DNA of 63,653 bases, filler included. It is 19 parts of 19 records of this genome, joined end to end, with 100 filler letters (N's around TTAATTAATTAA, not from the genome) between each part and the next. Parts side by side here need not be neighbours in the genome. Positions count along the whole stretch, not along the records: positions 1 to 2,865 come from SRR9188676_1624; positions 2,966 to 5,521 come from SRR9188676_1638; positions 5,622 to 10,123 come from SRR9188676_1642; positions 10,224 to 12,782 come from SRR9188676_1646; positions 12,883 to 17,472 come from SRR9188676_1664; 14 more parts are not named here. The stretch is one strand, 5' to 3'. The stretch's first letter is position 1, and each line of letters begins with the position of its first letter. The position numbers and the translations under genes are program-made. The notes under the pieces were generated by a model. It searched no databases and was not told the DNA's origin. It saw only the letters and a list, made by a program, of their open reading frames with translations. Positions 1-13,271 of this stretch are shown in pieces.

Positions 1-238
1 CTTGGTCTAATGAATCCAGAATGCCTAAAATGTGGAATAATGAAGCTATCTCGAGTTTTCGGGTTTGATATTTTCGAAAAAGTTGGAGAGCGCTCCGGCA
101 TTTGTTAGATTGTCTGAGAGAACGTAGATGTCTCCTCGTGCTCCAAAAGTTCCGACGGGGGTATCATCTATAATATTGACATAAAAATTGTAGGGCTGGA
201 CAGCGGAATAAACATATTCCACAGATTGAATAACGTAC

Positions 239-1274
239 ACATTAGGTCCGAGCTTTCTTCACGATTGAGCATCTCGGCGAGAATTGGAACAAATTGATCC
301 AGCGGGAAACTTCCAAGTGTCTCTTCAGTGGCCATAGCCAGCATATCACACAACTCATTCAAGGATTCCATCTGCTTGATCATGTCATCAGACTTCAAGT
401 CGGCAAGGAGTGTCCGGTAGCGAGCAGAGCCACCTGATACAATCCAAAAGAACTATAATGAGGGAACAAACAGAGGAGATTGACTCAAAAGTATTCATGA
501 AGAGCTATAAAACAGGGCCCCATCGACTCAAAAGAACCTAGTCAACCCGATGGCTCATATTTTGCCTTGGGAAGGACAGTCTGGAAACCTGAAATCTCAG
601 ATGGCCAAGGAGAATAAGCCACGAGCTAAAGAGCCATAAACAGAAAGAGTGATGCACTCTGGGACCGATCAAAACTCGAACGTACCAAACATTCCAGAAT
701 TTCCAAAGACTTCGTCAAGACCACCAAGTCTCCTCAGAAGGTTTTGCAACGTATGAAGACCGTCATTTGCCTCACCCTGAGAGCTGGATTCCTCTCCTGC
801 CTTTGCTGGTGATGTCTTGTCTTCTTTTTCTTTTTCCTTCACCTTTTCCTTCTCTTTATCCTTCTCTCTTTCTTTTTCCTTTTCGGGTTTCTTATTTTTG
901 TCCTCTTTCGGAGATTCCATGGCTCTGTACAGAGAGTGGACAGGATGAGTGAAAATCGATCTCACGACAGGTTCATGACAAGCGCACGTACAAGGATGGA
1001 AGCAAAGAAGATAATTCAGTACGCTTCTTTGAGGGTTCCTTTTCTTTGTCTTTTGATGCAGAAGAACGAGTTTCTCGTTCAGTAGGAGGTCCGCTAGTAG
1101 ATGTACGACGCCTCTTAGATTGAGATGGTGTTTGTGCTTTCGGAGGGCTTTGAGCACGAGATCGTTTGCTTCTATAGAATGTAATCAGAATGTAATTACT
1201 TTTATACAAAAAGAACTCTGCTCTTACCTCGGAGGTGAAAGTGTTCTTCTTCGCTGTGTTGAAGTCCTGGCCAT
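239..1274 (-). CDS. TRIP12: TRIP12/UFD4/UPL3-like HECT E3 ubiquitin ligase, 5' part (4 exons)
   Basis: Exons 1274-1228, 1171-992, 924-686 and 433-~239 with GT-AG introns of 56, 67 and 252 nt. A low-complexity N-terminus is followed by QMESLNELCDMLAMATEETLGSFPLDQFVPILAEMLNREESSDLM, matching the start of the ARM region of TRIP12/UPL3. The HECT domain is not in this contig. Confidence 0.8.
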
Positions 1275-1834
1275 AATCACATTAGAATTCCAAATATTAA
1301 TGCAGATTTGATCAGAATATGATATGTCTTACTCTGTTTCCCTTCTTTCTGCACTGGGTTGATCTCGCAATTTTCGTTTAGAACTTCGAGTTTCCATAAA
1401 AGAGTGAGGGCGTGTTTTTCATCTTAGTGGCACCGCTGAATAATAAATGAAAGTGTATATGAGAAAGCGAGTCCATATAAAGCGTATCTAGTGAATAAAT
1501 ATGAGACAAGGACTTACCAAGAAGAAGAAAAAGCACCTTTCTCTGAACAGGAAATGACTTGTGCTTCACTGTGACGTACGGTCAGGGGAAAAAGAGGTTT
1601 CTGGATTGGCATGACGTGTATGTCTTTAGATGATCGCCGTATCGAATAAATCGAATATTCTGGATCAAACTTTGTCACATGGCCACTAACTTCCGCGCCA
1701 AAAGAGAGATGAAGAAAACTGTCTGACCACACGCCTCCCGATTGCCCCTACTTTTCCGTATGTCATTTAGCGTTTTTCTCCGATATATATCGTTTTTCGC
1801 AATCTCAATCCATCTTTTTTCTCTCTGTAGAGCC

Positions 1835-2622
1835 ATGGCAAACGTAGAGATATGGGTCAACGAGAGCAAGGTACCGTTTTTCTCTGAAATATATATTGGA
1901 ATCAGAATCTAATACGCATGCTCTATCAGAGAGGTTACCCTGAATTGGACGGTATTCGCTGTGCCACAGGACGTTCACAGCCAGTACGATGCCTGCCCAT
2001 TACACGAGATGAAATCTTCGAATCACATTCACTCTTTTTTTGTCTTTCTTAGTGCGACATTCGTGCCGGAAAGCACGGATCTGTAGAATTAATCGAACCT
2101 TTGTGCCGCACCAACGACTTTGGATGCTCCTTCACAGTATTTACGATTCAAGTCACAACATCGACTGAGATTTGGACTGTCGCGAGACGATACTCTGAAT
2201 TCGAGGTTTTATATTCTGAGGTACGCAGTAACAAATCGACAGTTAGCCTCTCTGGATCATTCATCTTCATCCTTAGGTGATTTCTTCTCATCTCCCACAT
2301 AGATGAGAATGCTAAGTTCATTCATTCACTTCATCTATCACCCAACTTGCTGTTGTTTCTCCTTCTCTCGTAATATTCTCATCTTTTCTCAAATATACTC
2401 AGCTTCTTCTTTGCCCGCACTTCTTTCTTGCACTCATATCCTTTCTCCTCGTTTTCCAAACAGCTTCAAACTGCTGGGTTTAAGCATTTGCCTCCTCTGC
2501 CACCCAAGCGAGGGCTAAGCGGTCGAATCGCTGAGCTAATGTATTCAATTTGGTTGCTTTCGGAGCCACACCCGTCCTCTCTTGAAGTTCGCACTGACCT
2601 TTTGCGACAGTTCCTCCATCAG
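1835..2622 (+). CDS. PX (phox homology) domain protein, 5' part
   Basis: Spliced product MANVEIWVNESK|RGYPELD|VFTIQVTTSTEIWTVARRYSEFEVLYSE|LQTAGFKHLPPLPPKR...LEVRTDLLRQFLHQ. RRYSEF and LPPLPPK are PX hallmarks. Divergent from the TRIP12-like gene. Confidence 0.8.
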
Positions 2623-2865
2623 GTATATCACTATTAGATGATGTGATGGGACATAACGATGAGAATATGTGACTGTATTCTTCTCATACCAGCTTTTCGA
2701 TTTTGTTTTGAGAATTTTCGGATTCCTGTCTTTAGGGATATATGGTTCAGGGCTTATTTTGTTTTACATATTTACGAGACATACCTGCATACATTCAATA
2801 AATGAAAACCTTCCCTGTCTTTGAAAGCCCTTGATCCCCCCCTACTGCCTTACCCGGCAGGTATG

Positions 2866-2965
2866 NNNNNNNNNNNNNNNNNNNNNNNNNNNNNNNNNNN
2901 NNNNNNNNNTTAATTAATTAANNNNNNNNNNNNNNNNNNNNNNNNNNNNNNNNNNNNNNNNNNNN
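2866..2965. other. Artificial contig linker (N44-TTAATTAATTAA-N44), first of 18
   Basis: Identical 100-nt spacers with stops in all six frames also at 5522-5621, 10124-10223, 12783-12882, 17473-17572, 20131-20230, 23769-23868, 30866-30965, 33762-33861, 36329-36428, 40043-40142, 42770-42869, 46015-46114, 48474-48573, 51564-51663, 54813-54912, 58166-58265 and 61528-61627. Adjacent contigs are not genomic neighbours. Confidence 0.99.
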
Positions 2966-5521
2966 GATGAATGCTGCATCGGGGGGGTTCTGCTGGTCAT
3001 TGCACCACAGGATGGAGATGCCCAGGTTGAAGTAGATGAACACCTGGTTGAACATCATGATGCTGCGAGGGTACGTGAATCCCGTGCTCGTCAGCAGGCA
3101 GCTGAACGTCTGTATTGGAGATAGAGCGAGAGAAGCAACGAAACGATAATGAACAATGAGGAGGTAAGCAACCCTCCTGTCCCTCTCAGATGCATCTATG
3201 AGAATCTCACCATGTCGGACTCAGGATAATATGTACACGTATTAACCACATATGTCGAGATATTTTCTTCAAGCAGCGGCCGGAAAGGGATGAAATAGTG
3301 TTCGAATTTGAGAATTTCACCTAGGCGCTTCTATCAGATGCAGTAGTGATACCTGGGCATAGAAGAGGAAGCTCTTCATGCAGTCGTCGATCCTGATCAG
3401 CCTGATGTGCTTGAGCACGAGCACGTAGAAGGAGAACAGCATGCAGATGATGATGCATGACATGATGCCGTTCATGAGGGGCTGAGAGGGGCAGGAGAGG
3501 CACTGGCGTCCCATCGGGTAGTATCCGGCAGTGCACTGAGAGCACAGTCTGCCAGTGTAACTGCAGGGAGAGAAACAATAGAGAGAGAAAGCGATCACAG
3601 AAAATGTATCGTGAGCAGGGGAAGGGCAGGGGCAAGCACCAAGGGAGCACTCTGCCATGCACTGATAACTGAGTCTAACGGGTCTAGTTGTATTCCAAAG
3701 AGAAGAATAAAAAGAGTGGTGATGTTAGTAGCCCCAAATGCTGATAATAGCCGTTATGAAAAAAGATCATCGAGGAGATGGTTTCGAAAACCCTATTTGT
3801 CCATGTGCATTCGTATGTCATGACGGGCATAATTGAGGCCAGCTGATGTAATGAGAACATTGTGGGTAACTGTGTTCAGTGTGCCAGTAATCCTGGATCC
3901 CGCTCAGTGTTGATCACCTTGCGTCCGTATGCGTGCACTTGCGCGTATGAGTGGTGCAGAATCCTCATGTCCGTACACTGGAGCCCGCTCAGAGCCGATC
4001 ACAATGCATGTATGTATGTATGTGCGTGTATGTGTACGCTGACACTGTGTGTATGTGTGACGTGACGTACCCCGGCGCGCACTCGTAGTTGATAAGGTTG
4101 TCGGGGTTGCACATCGTAACATTCACCTGGACATACACATTGCATCACACACAGCATGCATATATAAATAAATTAGCTTTTTTTGTTTTTGTTTTTGCAA
4201 TCATTGAAAATAAAATACAGCAACAACTAAGGTCGAGAGAAAGGGTCATTGTGGAGAGAATCAATGCAATACAAGGGAGTGATGTTGAATGTGCTGACTG
4301 TGTGGTGCAGCAATCCTCTCAAAAAAAAAACGGGGCTTTCAAAATCGAAAATAACGGGTATAACGCGGAGGACAAGATACCACGTGACGTGGCAAGAAAC
4401 GGGCAGCCATTTTCACTAACTTTCGCGAAGAGTAGAGCTAAAAGTTCATAGCACAGCACTGCGGCACAGCACTGCGGCTGAGCTCGGGAGTGGACCCGAG
4501 TCCGGTGAAATCACGTGTATTATTGAGAGATCCAGAGAGAGTGTGTGTTGCATGGGCACATACCATAGATGTTGAGTAGCATGGCAACACGGCGGTGGCT
4601 GTGCGGGGGTCACCCGTCGGGGAAGGCCAGTAGTCTGGAAGAAGGCACATAGATCAGAAAACCACACACTCCAGCTCCGTGATAAATACTGTATGTGGTA
4701 GCCAATGTAACACGAGGCTCTATGCGATCGTTCTCTATTTCACTTCTCTCACGCCCCCCCTCCTCTATGTGGCTCCCAGTTGCTCGCCGCCACTTGCCTA
4801 TTTGGTATCTACATCGTTGAATCATCGATATTTTCATTTGCATGCATCCAACATGCCTGTAGAACTTTTTCAGAGTCACCCAACACATCTATGCTGATAT
4901 GCAGACGGCACACACAAATCAATAAGTCCATAAATAACAGCATTGTATATTAATGGAAATCTAAATAGATCAACAATTAAGGTAGGCATCCAAGAATAAA
5001 TACATCCAATGGGCACCATCAGCGAGAGTACTGAATGATTGGATTTGATACCGAGTGAAAAAGCGAGAACAGCCTTCCCCCGACAATTCTATGGACATAC
5101 AAGGAGACAGAGGGAAGGAATGGGCAGAATCTCAGAAATGGCATAGTCTATCCACGCGAGGAGCTGAAATGAAAGATGGGCCTGTGGGAATATGAGTGTG
5201 ACAAAGTAACATTAATGATGGGACGGACAAGTTTCATGACCTTAATGACGGTACATACAAGTGCTAGTAATGATGGGACGTATAAATGCTAGTAATATTG
5301 ACGGTACGTACAAGCAGCCACAGTAATGGTTGCAGGGATGTAGTGCGGCACGGTCAGCACATGACCAAAGGGCAGGGACACTGTCTCCCCCGTGTCTGTC
5401 CTCACAGCCACAGCGGCATCACCCCCCGTGCAGATGGTACCCTCCGTGGGGCATGCGTGGCAGTTGCCTCGGTTGCCCTGGTATCCCACGGGGCACCGGC
5501 ACAGCGTCTGGCCGGAACAAC
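2966..5521 (-). CDS. Cys-rich extracellular plus multi-TM receptor-like protein, internal fragment
   Basis: Exons give CRCPVGYQGNRGNCHACPTEGTICTGG, LLPDYWPSP, NYECAPG|YTGRLCSQCTAGYY, then hydrophobic helices (GIMSCIIICMLFSFYVLVL, MKSFLFYAQ, IMMFNQVFIYFNLGISILWC). This layout is typical of protist GPCR-like 'CxxGYxGxLCxxC' membrane proteins. Confidence 0.65.
4451..4476. repeat. Intronic tandem duplication (GCACAGCACTGCG x2)
   Basis: Direct 13-mer duplication seen in the sequence. Confidence 0.8.
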
Positions 5522-6631
5522 NNNNNNNNNNNNNNNNNNNNNNNNNNNNNNNNNNNNNNNNNNNNTTAATTAATTAANNNNNNNNNNNNNNNNNNNNNNN
5601 NNNNNNNNNNNNNNNNNNNNNTAATCGACGTTTTTTGGGATTCCTGATGGTTCTCGAGAACAAGAAAAAAATGACAGCACATTATTATGACGTTTTAATT
5701 CTAGGGGTTTCAAACTGTTGAGGAATAGAAAAGGAAGAAAATACGATGTTGATCATGATTCATTCACAGAATTTTACGAACAGCAGAGCGAGAATAATGA
5801 GGGAACGCAAGTGAGGATACACACAGCAAAGGTCGCCCTCAAGAGACGAACATCGGATGAGATCATGTGTTCGCTGAGATGACTGGCCTGTAACAGAAAA
5901 TTCTAGGATGAATGAGAGATCTGAGATTATTGCACAAAGAAGGAAGAATAATGATACCGAATAGACCAGAATTCAAATGCGTAATATACAAGTCAATTGC
6001 TGAAAGGAGAAGGTGAAAGGAGACCGTGTGATAAAAAAAGATACGGAGATCATATAAAACTTGATCGGTTAAATGGAAAGAATAAGAGTTAAAAAAATAT
6101 CAAACCAAAAATGAAGATGCATGAAACCAACAACCTGAAAAAAGATACTACTATGATACTCAACTTCCGTTCAAGGACACGGATCTCGTGGAAAACACTC
6201 AGTCTTTATCAATTATCATTTGACTGAAGAGAAATCGTCCAAATATCTAAGTGAAACTCGGGGCCAGACTCAATTTGATGTTCGGCTGTGGCTGAATTTT
6301 GAAGATTTATAGAATTGAATTTGGCCGGTGTGTTTCCTTTGTTTCGTTGCGTGGACTAGAAATGCAGCTCTCCTGATCCACTTCCAAAGTTAAGAATGTA
6401 AACCTTCCAAGGTCGTAACTGAGCTCCAGATTCATCGCTCAGGAACAGGATGGTGTCAGAATTCGGCCGAGTGGAGTGACGACATTTTCTCAAAGACCAA
6501 ATCACATCGAACAGTATCCCATCGCAGTCCAAGGCTCTGAGCTCTCATCCATCACAACCAAGAGTTTCTCTGTAGCAAAAAGAATATCTTAGTCGGAGAG
6601 AATGCGATAGAATTTCAGGAGGTACGACAAA

Positions 6632-9600
6632 CCTTGAAATGGTTGAAAAATACACCTTAAGGGGATAAGAGATCAACAATGGGCTTCCAGAGATATGCCT
6701 GTGAAGAAAGAGAGTATGAGAGAAAGATCGGTAATCGTGTTAACCAAAATAAATAAAAGAAAATACGCTCATAATTATAAGAATAATTGCAGAATATATT
6801 GATAAACTCAAGCAAGCTGGGGGCAATAATTAATTCGAACAGATCGGACAGTGCTGACTATGAAGTGTGATGACATCTTGGAATATGTATGCCCCTTAAA
6901 CTTCCCGAAACCCCAACGCCTGAGGAGATACCCACCCACGGTGGATATCACTACACGTGGCATATCGGACAAGAGTATGATCGATATCAACCAAAGAAAA
7001 GAAATCCAGCTCACGTACAGGAGAGAGAGGCACGCCAGGGGATGGAGAGGGGGACTCTGGGACATTCCAGCCCGAGTAGGGGTAGTATGTAGTCTGGGGG
7101 TGACTGGGAGGAGAAGGAATGTAGATGACCTGGCCCGATACGGGTGAAGGCGGCAGCGACGAGTATTCTGCAGAGTGGAGAGAATGCAGTGAGTGAATAG
7201 TCGTGCGAATTCCTTGGATAGCATGAAATGAGTATTCACCTAGAGAGATAGAACGTTTGGGACTATGCTACTTACATGGACAAAAAAAAACGAACGGGAA
7301 CACGCCAACATTAAGGAACGATTAGGGCTCACATATTACCGGGCACACAGCTTCGAAATCTGCTGGATGAATTCGATACCGGAGGAAGATCAAACATTCT
7401 CGACTTTTCAGCAAAGAAATACAACAAGGATCTTTCATAATCTGTCTACAATAATGACCAATTGGTTAGATCTCTTGTGTGAGACATGAACTTGGAACAT
7501 GCCCGTGTATGGTATGGTATGCAGATTTAATGTTCAATCGCTCCATCCAGCGATCCAAAGTCAGATGCTGAACCTTCTTCATTCCGAGATATTCGTTGAC
7601 TTGAATCTTTACAAAACTCGGTCCCAAATTCGGACAATCAACGGACGTATTTGATTGCTTTCCTACCTAATGGAGACATTTGATGTTGCATTTGCGCCCA
7701 CTGTCCCATGGAAAGTTGCTGTGAGGGCATGCCAGGCTGAGAGGTATGGAGCATATTAACTCCAGCGGATCGAGGAGAGAGCGATACTGCAGGGGAAGGT
7801 AACAACGAGGGGGGCATAGAGGAAGCAATGGAGGTTGGAGGGGTCGATGGTGCACCACTCGAGGATACGCTTCCAATGGAGTTTAGACCCGTAATGGTAT
7901 TGGTTCCAGTGAGAGAGTCCGGAGTGACGGGCGGCGAGTGTGCTGTGGGTACATAGGGCATGTACTGGTAGCCGTGCATATAGTTCATGCCGATTGCACA
8001 CGCTGGGTCCACCTGAGGGGCCGGAATGGCCTGGTACACTGGTGCGTAGGAGTAATCCTCCATGTTTCTGTCGGGTAATACGCAAAAGAGAGAAGAGATC
8101 GGGAAATGTTAATGAACCAGATCTTCGAGCTTGAAAGTTTCCATTACACCAGCTGTCCATGTGCCGTCGTTTCACCAGCTAGTAGGATTGCTTTCGAGCG
8201 ATAAGTATCAGAACACTGAACGAAGGTTGAGAGCGCAGTAGCTAGCATGTGCTTATGAAAAAAGATACGTACTTGCGAAGTGGGGAAAATGGTTTTTTTG
8301 CAGGCATGGTATTTCGAGCCAGTGATTCCTTTCGCGAAAGATTGCGACCGAATTGGCTCATTTGAGGTTCTGTTCGCACATTTGAATCTGTAAGAAAGGG
8401 AACCCATGCATATGCCAAATTGTTAGGGAGATATGAAGAACACGAAAAATACGATATAATTTGCAGCTTCAGTGACAAACCTGTTGTACGCTTCGCAATT
8501 TGCCAATTGAGTCCCTGCAAGGAGAAAAAACATGAAAAGTTAAAACTGGAAGATACCAAAGAATTTATCAATGAAAGTACCGTTGTACAACCCTGTGGTG
8601 CATGTCGCTTGAGTGCCTGTGAAGATGAAGTGAGATATGTAAGGGTTGATAAATTCGAATATCTATGAAAATGTATCCTTCTAAAAATTTCACATACCAT
8701 CATCGCAGACATGGCATTTGCAACCTGAAAAGCGCAAGTATACCTCATTAATAAGTGTTTCAGGGTAAGAACAAAAGCATCTTCATTACCGTGTTGAAGT
8801 GTACAAAGCCAAAGCTCATATTTCGTCTGTTGTTACTCACTTCATGATGAGTTACTTTTCTGTAACATTCAGCCCACAGATTAGCGACTAACCAACGAGG
8901 ATCCATAAAACCAACAAACATGACGACATACGCTGAAACCACTCCTCCACATTCCATTTCAACTACATGTTGGCGCAGTCTCTATTGAATTCATCACCAT
9001 TTGAGTCCAGCTTTCAAATAATATCGAAGGTGTTACCTCATCGGTCATATCCTTCGTAAGTCCTCCAACAAAAACTACAAGAGGATTATGAGCCATCTGA
9101 GGAGTAAATACAATATAAAGATGTGAGATTCTTACGAGTCATGCCTCTGTCCGGGATAGGGGCTGTCTTGTCAGAAGTCGCGAGCCCAGAGCCAATGGTC
9201 GTTCCTAAGTTTGCCGGCGGCGATTTGTTATTTCTAGCTCAAAAGAGAAAAAAAGGAGAAAAAAATTAATAAGAAGAAAATGCACCTGCACGATATGGTC
9301 CTGTAGATTCTTCAGATGATGCTGGAACGGGCTGACTGGGTTGAATGGGTTGAATAGGAATTTGGGGCTTGTGAAAGTCGACCTCAATGGTCAGTTTCTT
9401 TGGCTTTTTCAAGTTATTCTTATTTGCATTGTTGGTATTGACATTATCATCTAGAGAGAAAAATAAATCAGACCCAGCATCGATTTCCGTATGACCGCAT
9501 ACCTGATGACATTCGATCGCTTCCGGGATTGTTCATTTTTGGATTGATCTCGTCCGTACTATCAATTCTACAGAGAGAATCGTCAATAAATGAAAGAATA

Positions 9601-9710
9601 TTCGGATATATCGAAGAGGCTTGAGGCTTTGAGATGAATCCATACAGTTCAGGTGCTGTGGACAAAAGTTCTGATTCGGAAACCAAGTTTTTCAGTTTTT
9701 CAGATTCCAT
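6632..9710 (-). CDS. RRM-domain RNA-binding protein (multi-exon; 3' end uncertain)
   Basis: ATG at 9710 (MESEKLKN...). In-phase exons lead to LFVGGLTKDMTDE (RNP2) and NMSFGFVHFNT (RNP1), then a Pro/Ser/Gln/Tyr-rich exon (7638-8063). The downstream exons are only loosely resolved. Confidence 0.7.
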
Positions 9711-10377
9711 TTGCGAGAAAAAGAAGGAAGATAATAATAATTAATGCTTGGTATGACTGGATTCCTGAAAGATGGTAAAAAAGGCAAGAAATCCGGCAAA
9801 CCGTTCTTGCTTTTCAGCACTTTTCTCTGTCAAACCAGCCTGCTTGTGCAGGTGTAGCCCACCCCCTTATCTAAAGATTTTTCTACTCATGAAAAAATCA
9901 TCAGTGCTCTCCCTATACCAGCTGTTCGATTGCGCGATTCTCGTTCTGGAACTGCTTGCACTTTGGCAGCAAAAGAAGGAAGTCTTCGCTCCGCTTGAAT
10001 CCGTCCACTCAATCCATTCTCCGCAGTCAAAACATTTCCATATTTGACGATTTTTGTTTTCTTGCTGGTTGCTGCATCTTCCTTTGAGATATACTGCTTT
10101 ATTTTTAGACAATAAAGGGAAGGNNNNNNNNNNNNNNNNNNNNNNNNNNNNNNNNNNNNNNNNNNNNTTAATTAATTAANNNNNNNNNNNNNNNNNNNNN
10201 NNNNNNNNNNNNNNNNNNNNNNNTTGCCCTCATACCGTGCGCGCTTCGTATTTAAATATTCATATTCTAGATTCACTTTTATTTCCATGGTCGTTACATC
10301 GTATGATCCATCATCATTATGATCTTCTACATTCGATATTCACTCCCTGATTCGAAACATCCCTTCATCCTCCAGAG

Positions 10378-12475
10378 ATCCGTGCACACTCAGCCTCGAG
10401 CGAACACACCAGACGCAACCAGTACCCCCCTTGCTCCTGCTAGCACTGCCCCGACAACTAGCCCATTCTCACAGCGTGATTCACCTGTGGATCCTGATAT
10501 CCGTTCAAGAAAATCTCTCTCCAGTGCTCTGGCAGACACTATGAGCCCAGTGAAAAGACTTTTCAAGGTCAGTCTCCGAAAAGATTCAATACTCTTTTCT
10601 CTCTTTCCCTCTCTCACTTCCTGAGTTATGACTTTCTGAAAGTTAAAATCGGTCCCTTGAACTTTTCATGACATCTGCGCTGTTGTGATTGCGATTGTCC
10701 ATTTTACCTTCGAACATACCCATCCTAATTTTTCTTCTTCGATTCTATTATTTCTGATCAGAGCCCGAATGGAAAAACGCCAACTCCCGAGAAACCCCCC
10801 CTGCCGTCCTCATACTACCACTACCGTCGCTCCAGCACGTCATCCTCAGCATCATCACCCAGCATGCATACCGGCGCCGAGAGTGTCGCTGACCGCTGGG
10901 AGTATGGAAGGAGCACTGCGTATGGTGGTGTGGGTGCGGATGGGGATGGTGCAGAGGGAGGGGGATATCACCCTCAGCCTGAGGACCGTAGAGCCATGTG
11001 GATTCCGCTCTCCATGGACACAAATATCCCGTCATCGAGGAAATCGCCCTCTCCGCTGAAGTCAAAGTACGTCAGATAGCGATATAGACTTTCTCGGGTG
11101 TTTTGGAACGGTTAAACCACTTGTTTAGCTGAAACACTGTCGGATTGAGACACTGCACTGCAATGACCAGTTATACTCTCTCCCAGTTGATACGAAAATG
11201 CTTTCGCTGGGAAAATATGGCTAATCTTCTATTGTTTTCAGCTCGGGTGGCATGTATGATATTTATATTTTCGGACATTTCACCCATTATGAGCTTGTTT
11301 ATTTATGTATCACCTGGTTTTCTCACTCTCCTCCTCCTTTTTTTGATTCTCGCAGGCAAACGACATCACCCACGAAGCGACGTGCGTCCAGTCCGAGTCC
11401 GTTTCTGCATCGGAACAGCTCCCCGTCTCTCTCGCCCTCCCCGACTCCTACCCTCTCCCCTTCCCTCACACCCACCACGACTGCCGCGCCCATGCCACGC
11501 CCGCGCACACCCTCAGCCCCGACCCCCACCCCCCCATCGACACGGACCCCCCCTGCCCCTACTCCGTCATCATCATCATCACTATCCACCTTCGCATCCT
11601 CATCTACATCACCTAACCCTCACCGCGCTACATCTTCCTCCTCATGGACCACAAGCCCATCCCGGAGACGCAATTCTCTCGATACTCCTCGAGCGCCTTC
11701 TTCGACCTGGCCGAAGTCCCCATCCCCGCAACGAAATCCCCCCAACAGTACTCCTAACCGAGCAACAACTCCCACACATTTATCTACACCATCATCCTCC
11801 TTTTCCTCGCATACGCATGCCTTCGCGTCCACTTTGGACTCATCTCGATCCCCAACCAAAAAAGGCTCGAGCGCACATTTATCCCCACCCACGCGCCCTG
11901 TCCCGAGCGGACCCTCATCCACATCCACATCCACACCATCCCCAAACCGCTCTTCACACTCCCCTTCACCTGATTATCAGAATCACGGTTTCACCGCAAC
12001 TTCATCCCAGCGATCCATATCCATCCCCTCGGCCCGAGGTCCGGTCACTGATCTCTGCAATGACCTCAGGAGTGATGCCATCGAGCTCGACCCAGAGCTG
12101 GACTCAATTACTATCCCATCTCCATACACAACACACACGACGACCCATTCCATATATTCTTCATCTGCAACGGATTATGTTGATTCCGAACTCCCTCTAT
12201 CGTTATTCGCGTCTTCATGCACGTCAGATCATAATGCTACTCTGTCGAAGGACGAGTCATTTAGCTACACTCTTGGGCGCGGAAAATCAGAATCTGTGGT
12301 TCATCACTCTGTATTTCTCGCTACAGAGCCTGCCATTCTCCGCGACGCTCAAGGATCATCTCGTGATGCATTGCCCGGTGTTCCTTCTGGGTCCGTCTCT
12401 CCCCCTGCATTTTTCTATCTTATTTTCTCACGACTTTGTGTAAACTTGACAATACCGAGAGTTCGAGAGGCTTAA
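10378..12475 (+). CDS. Ser/Thr/Pro-rich low-complexity protein, internal fragment
   Basis: Exon-like blocks at about 10378-10567, 10762-11068 and from 11356 onward (QTTSPTKRRASSPSPFLHRNSSPSLSPSPTPT...). The splice signals are plausible; no domain recognised. Confidence 0.5.
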
Positions 12476-12882
12476 TCTCACACGAGAGAAATAAGGATAA
12501 CGAATATAGAGAAAGCTCGACCTCGATCGATGAGATCACGGGGTCTGAATACGTCTGAACCAAAGAGAGGAGGAAAATCCGATTCACCCCCAGCAAAATT
12601 GTGAGGCTTTCAGAGGGCCTGTTATTTTCTTTATTTCTGCTCCCGTTGTGTGTCTCTCTCTTTCCGCTTTCTTGTCCCTATCCTTTTTCTCTTTTCTGTC
12701 ACTATTTCTTTGTTGTCCTTCCGTTTCTTCTTTCATAGTCTCTCCAACAGGCAAATAGTTTAGCAATAGATTATGCAATGATNNNNNNNNNNNNNNNNNN
12801 NNNNNNNNNNNNNNNNNNNNNNNNNNTTAATTAATTAANNNNNNNNNNNNNNNNNNNNNNNNNNNNNNNNNNNNNNNNNNNN

Positions 12883-12909
12883 GAGAGAGAGGGAGAGAGA
12901 GAGAGAGAG
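12883..12909. repeat. (GA)n microsatellite at contig end
   Basis: Similar (GA)n tracts lie at contig ends at 33862-33883, 36429-36454 and ~61494-61527, and probably caused the assembly breaks. Confidence 0.85.
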
Positions 12910-13271
12910 GAAAGGTGAAGAGGGGAGGCGAGAAGACGCGCGTCAGTTTCTGGTCCGATCATCATTCGGAGAGAGCTTGATTCCTCCCTAGCCTGACCAA
13001 GTAGTACCTTGCGACCTAAAGTCCGTTTTCTGGATCAAGGGAAGGTTTGGATCTCGAAAAGTACCGTCCTCATGTCGAAGCGGGTTTTTTTTTCGCTACC
13101 TTAATAATCGACTAGATGATCGATGCATTATTTCGATTTTCAGAAATCAAACACTCCGAGTCAGAGTAACAACGGTTGAAGTGTGGCAGTCATGGAGGTG
13201 TTAAAAATAAAAAAATAAAAAGATACATGAGATGTTCCATTATTGTCAGCGATATGGGATGCGGGACGTAC

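Noticed and set aside
2436..2444. ATATCCTTT, a perfect U12 AT-AC donor consensus, in the PX gene
   Set aside because: It lies in the polypyrimidine tract of a normal GT-AG intron (2221-2463) that already gives an in-frame PX domain. No U12 branch site follows.
9867..10112. CxxC-containing ORF (WKCFDCGEW) resembling a zinc ribbon
   Set aside because: Several frames are open here, there is no convincing second Cys pair, and no consistent splice model could be built.
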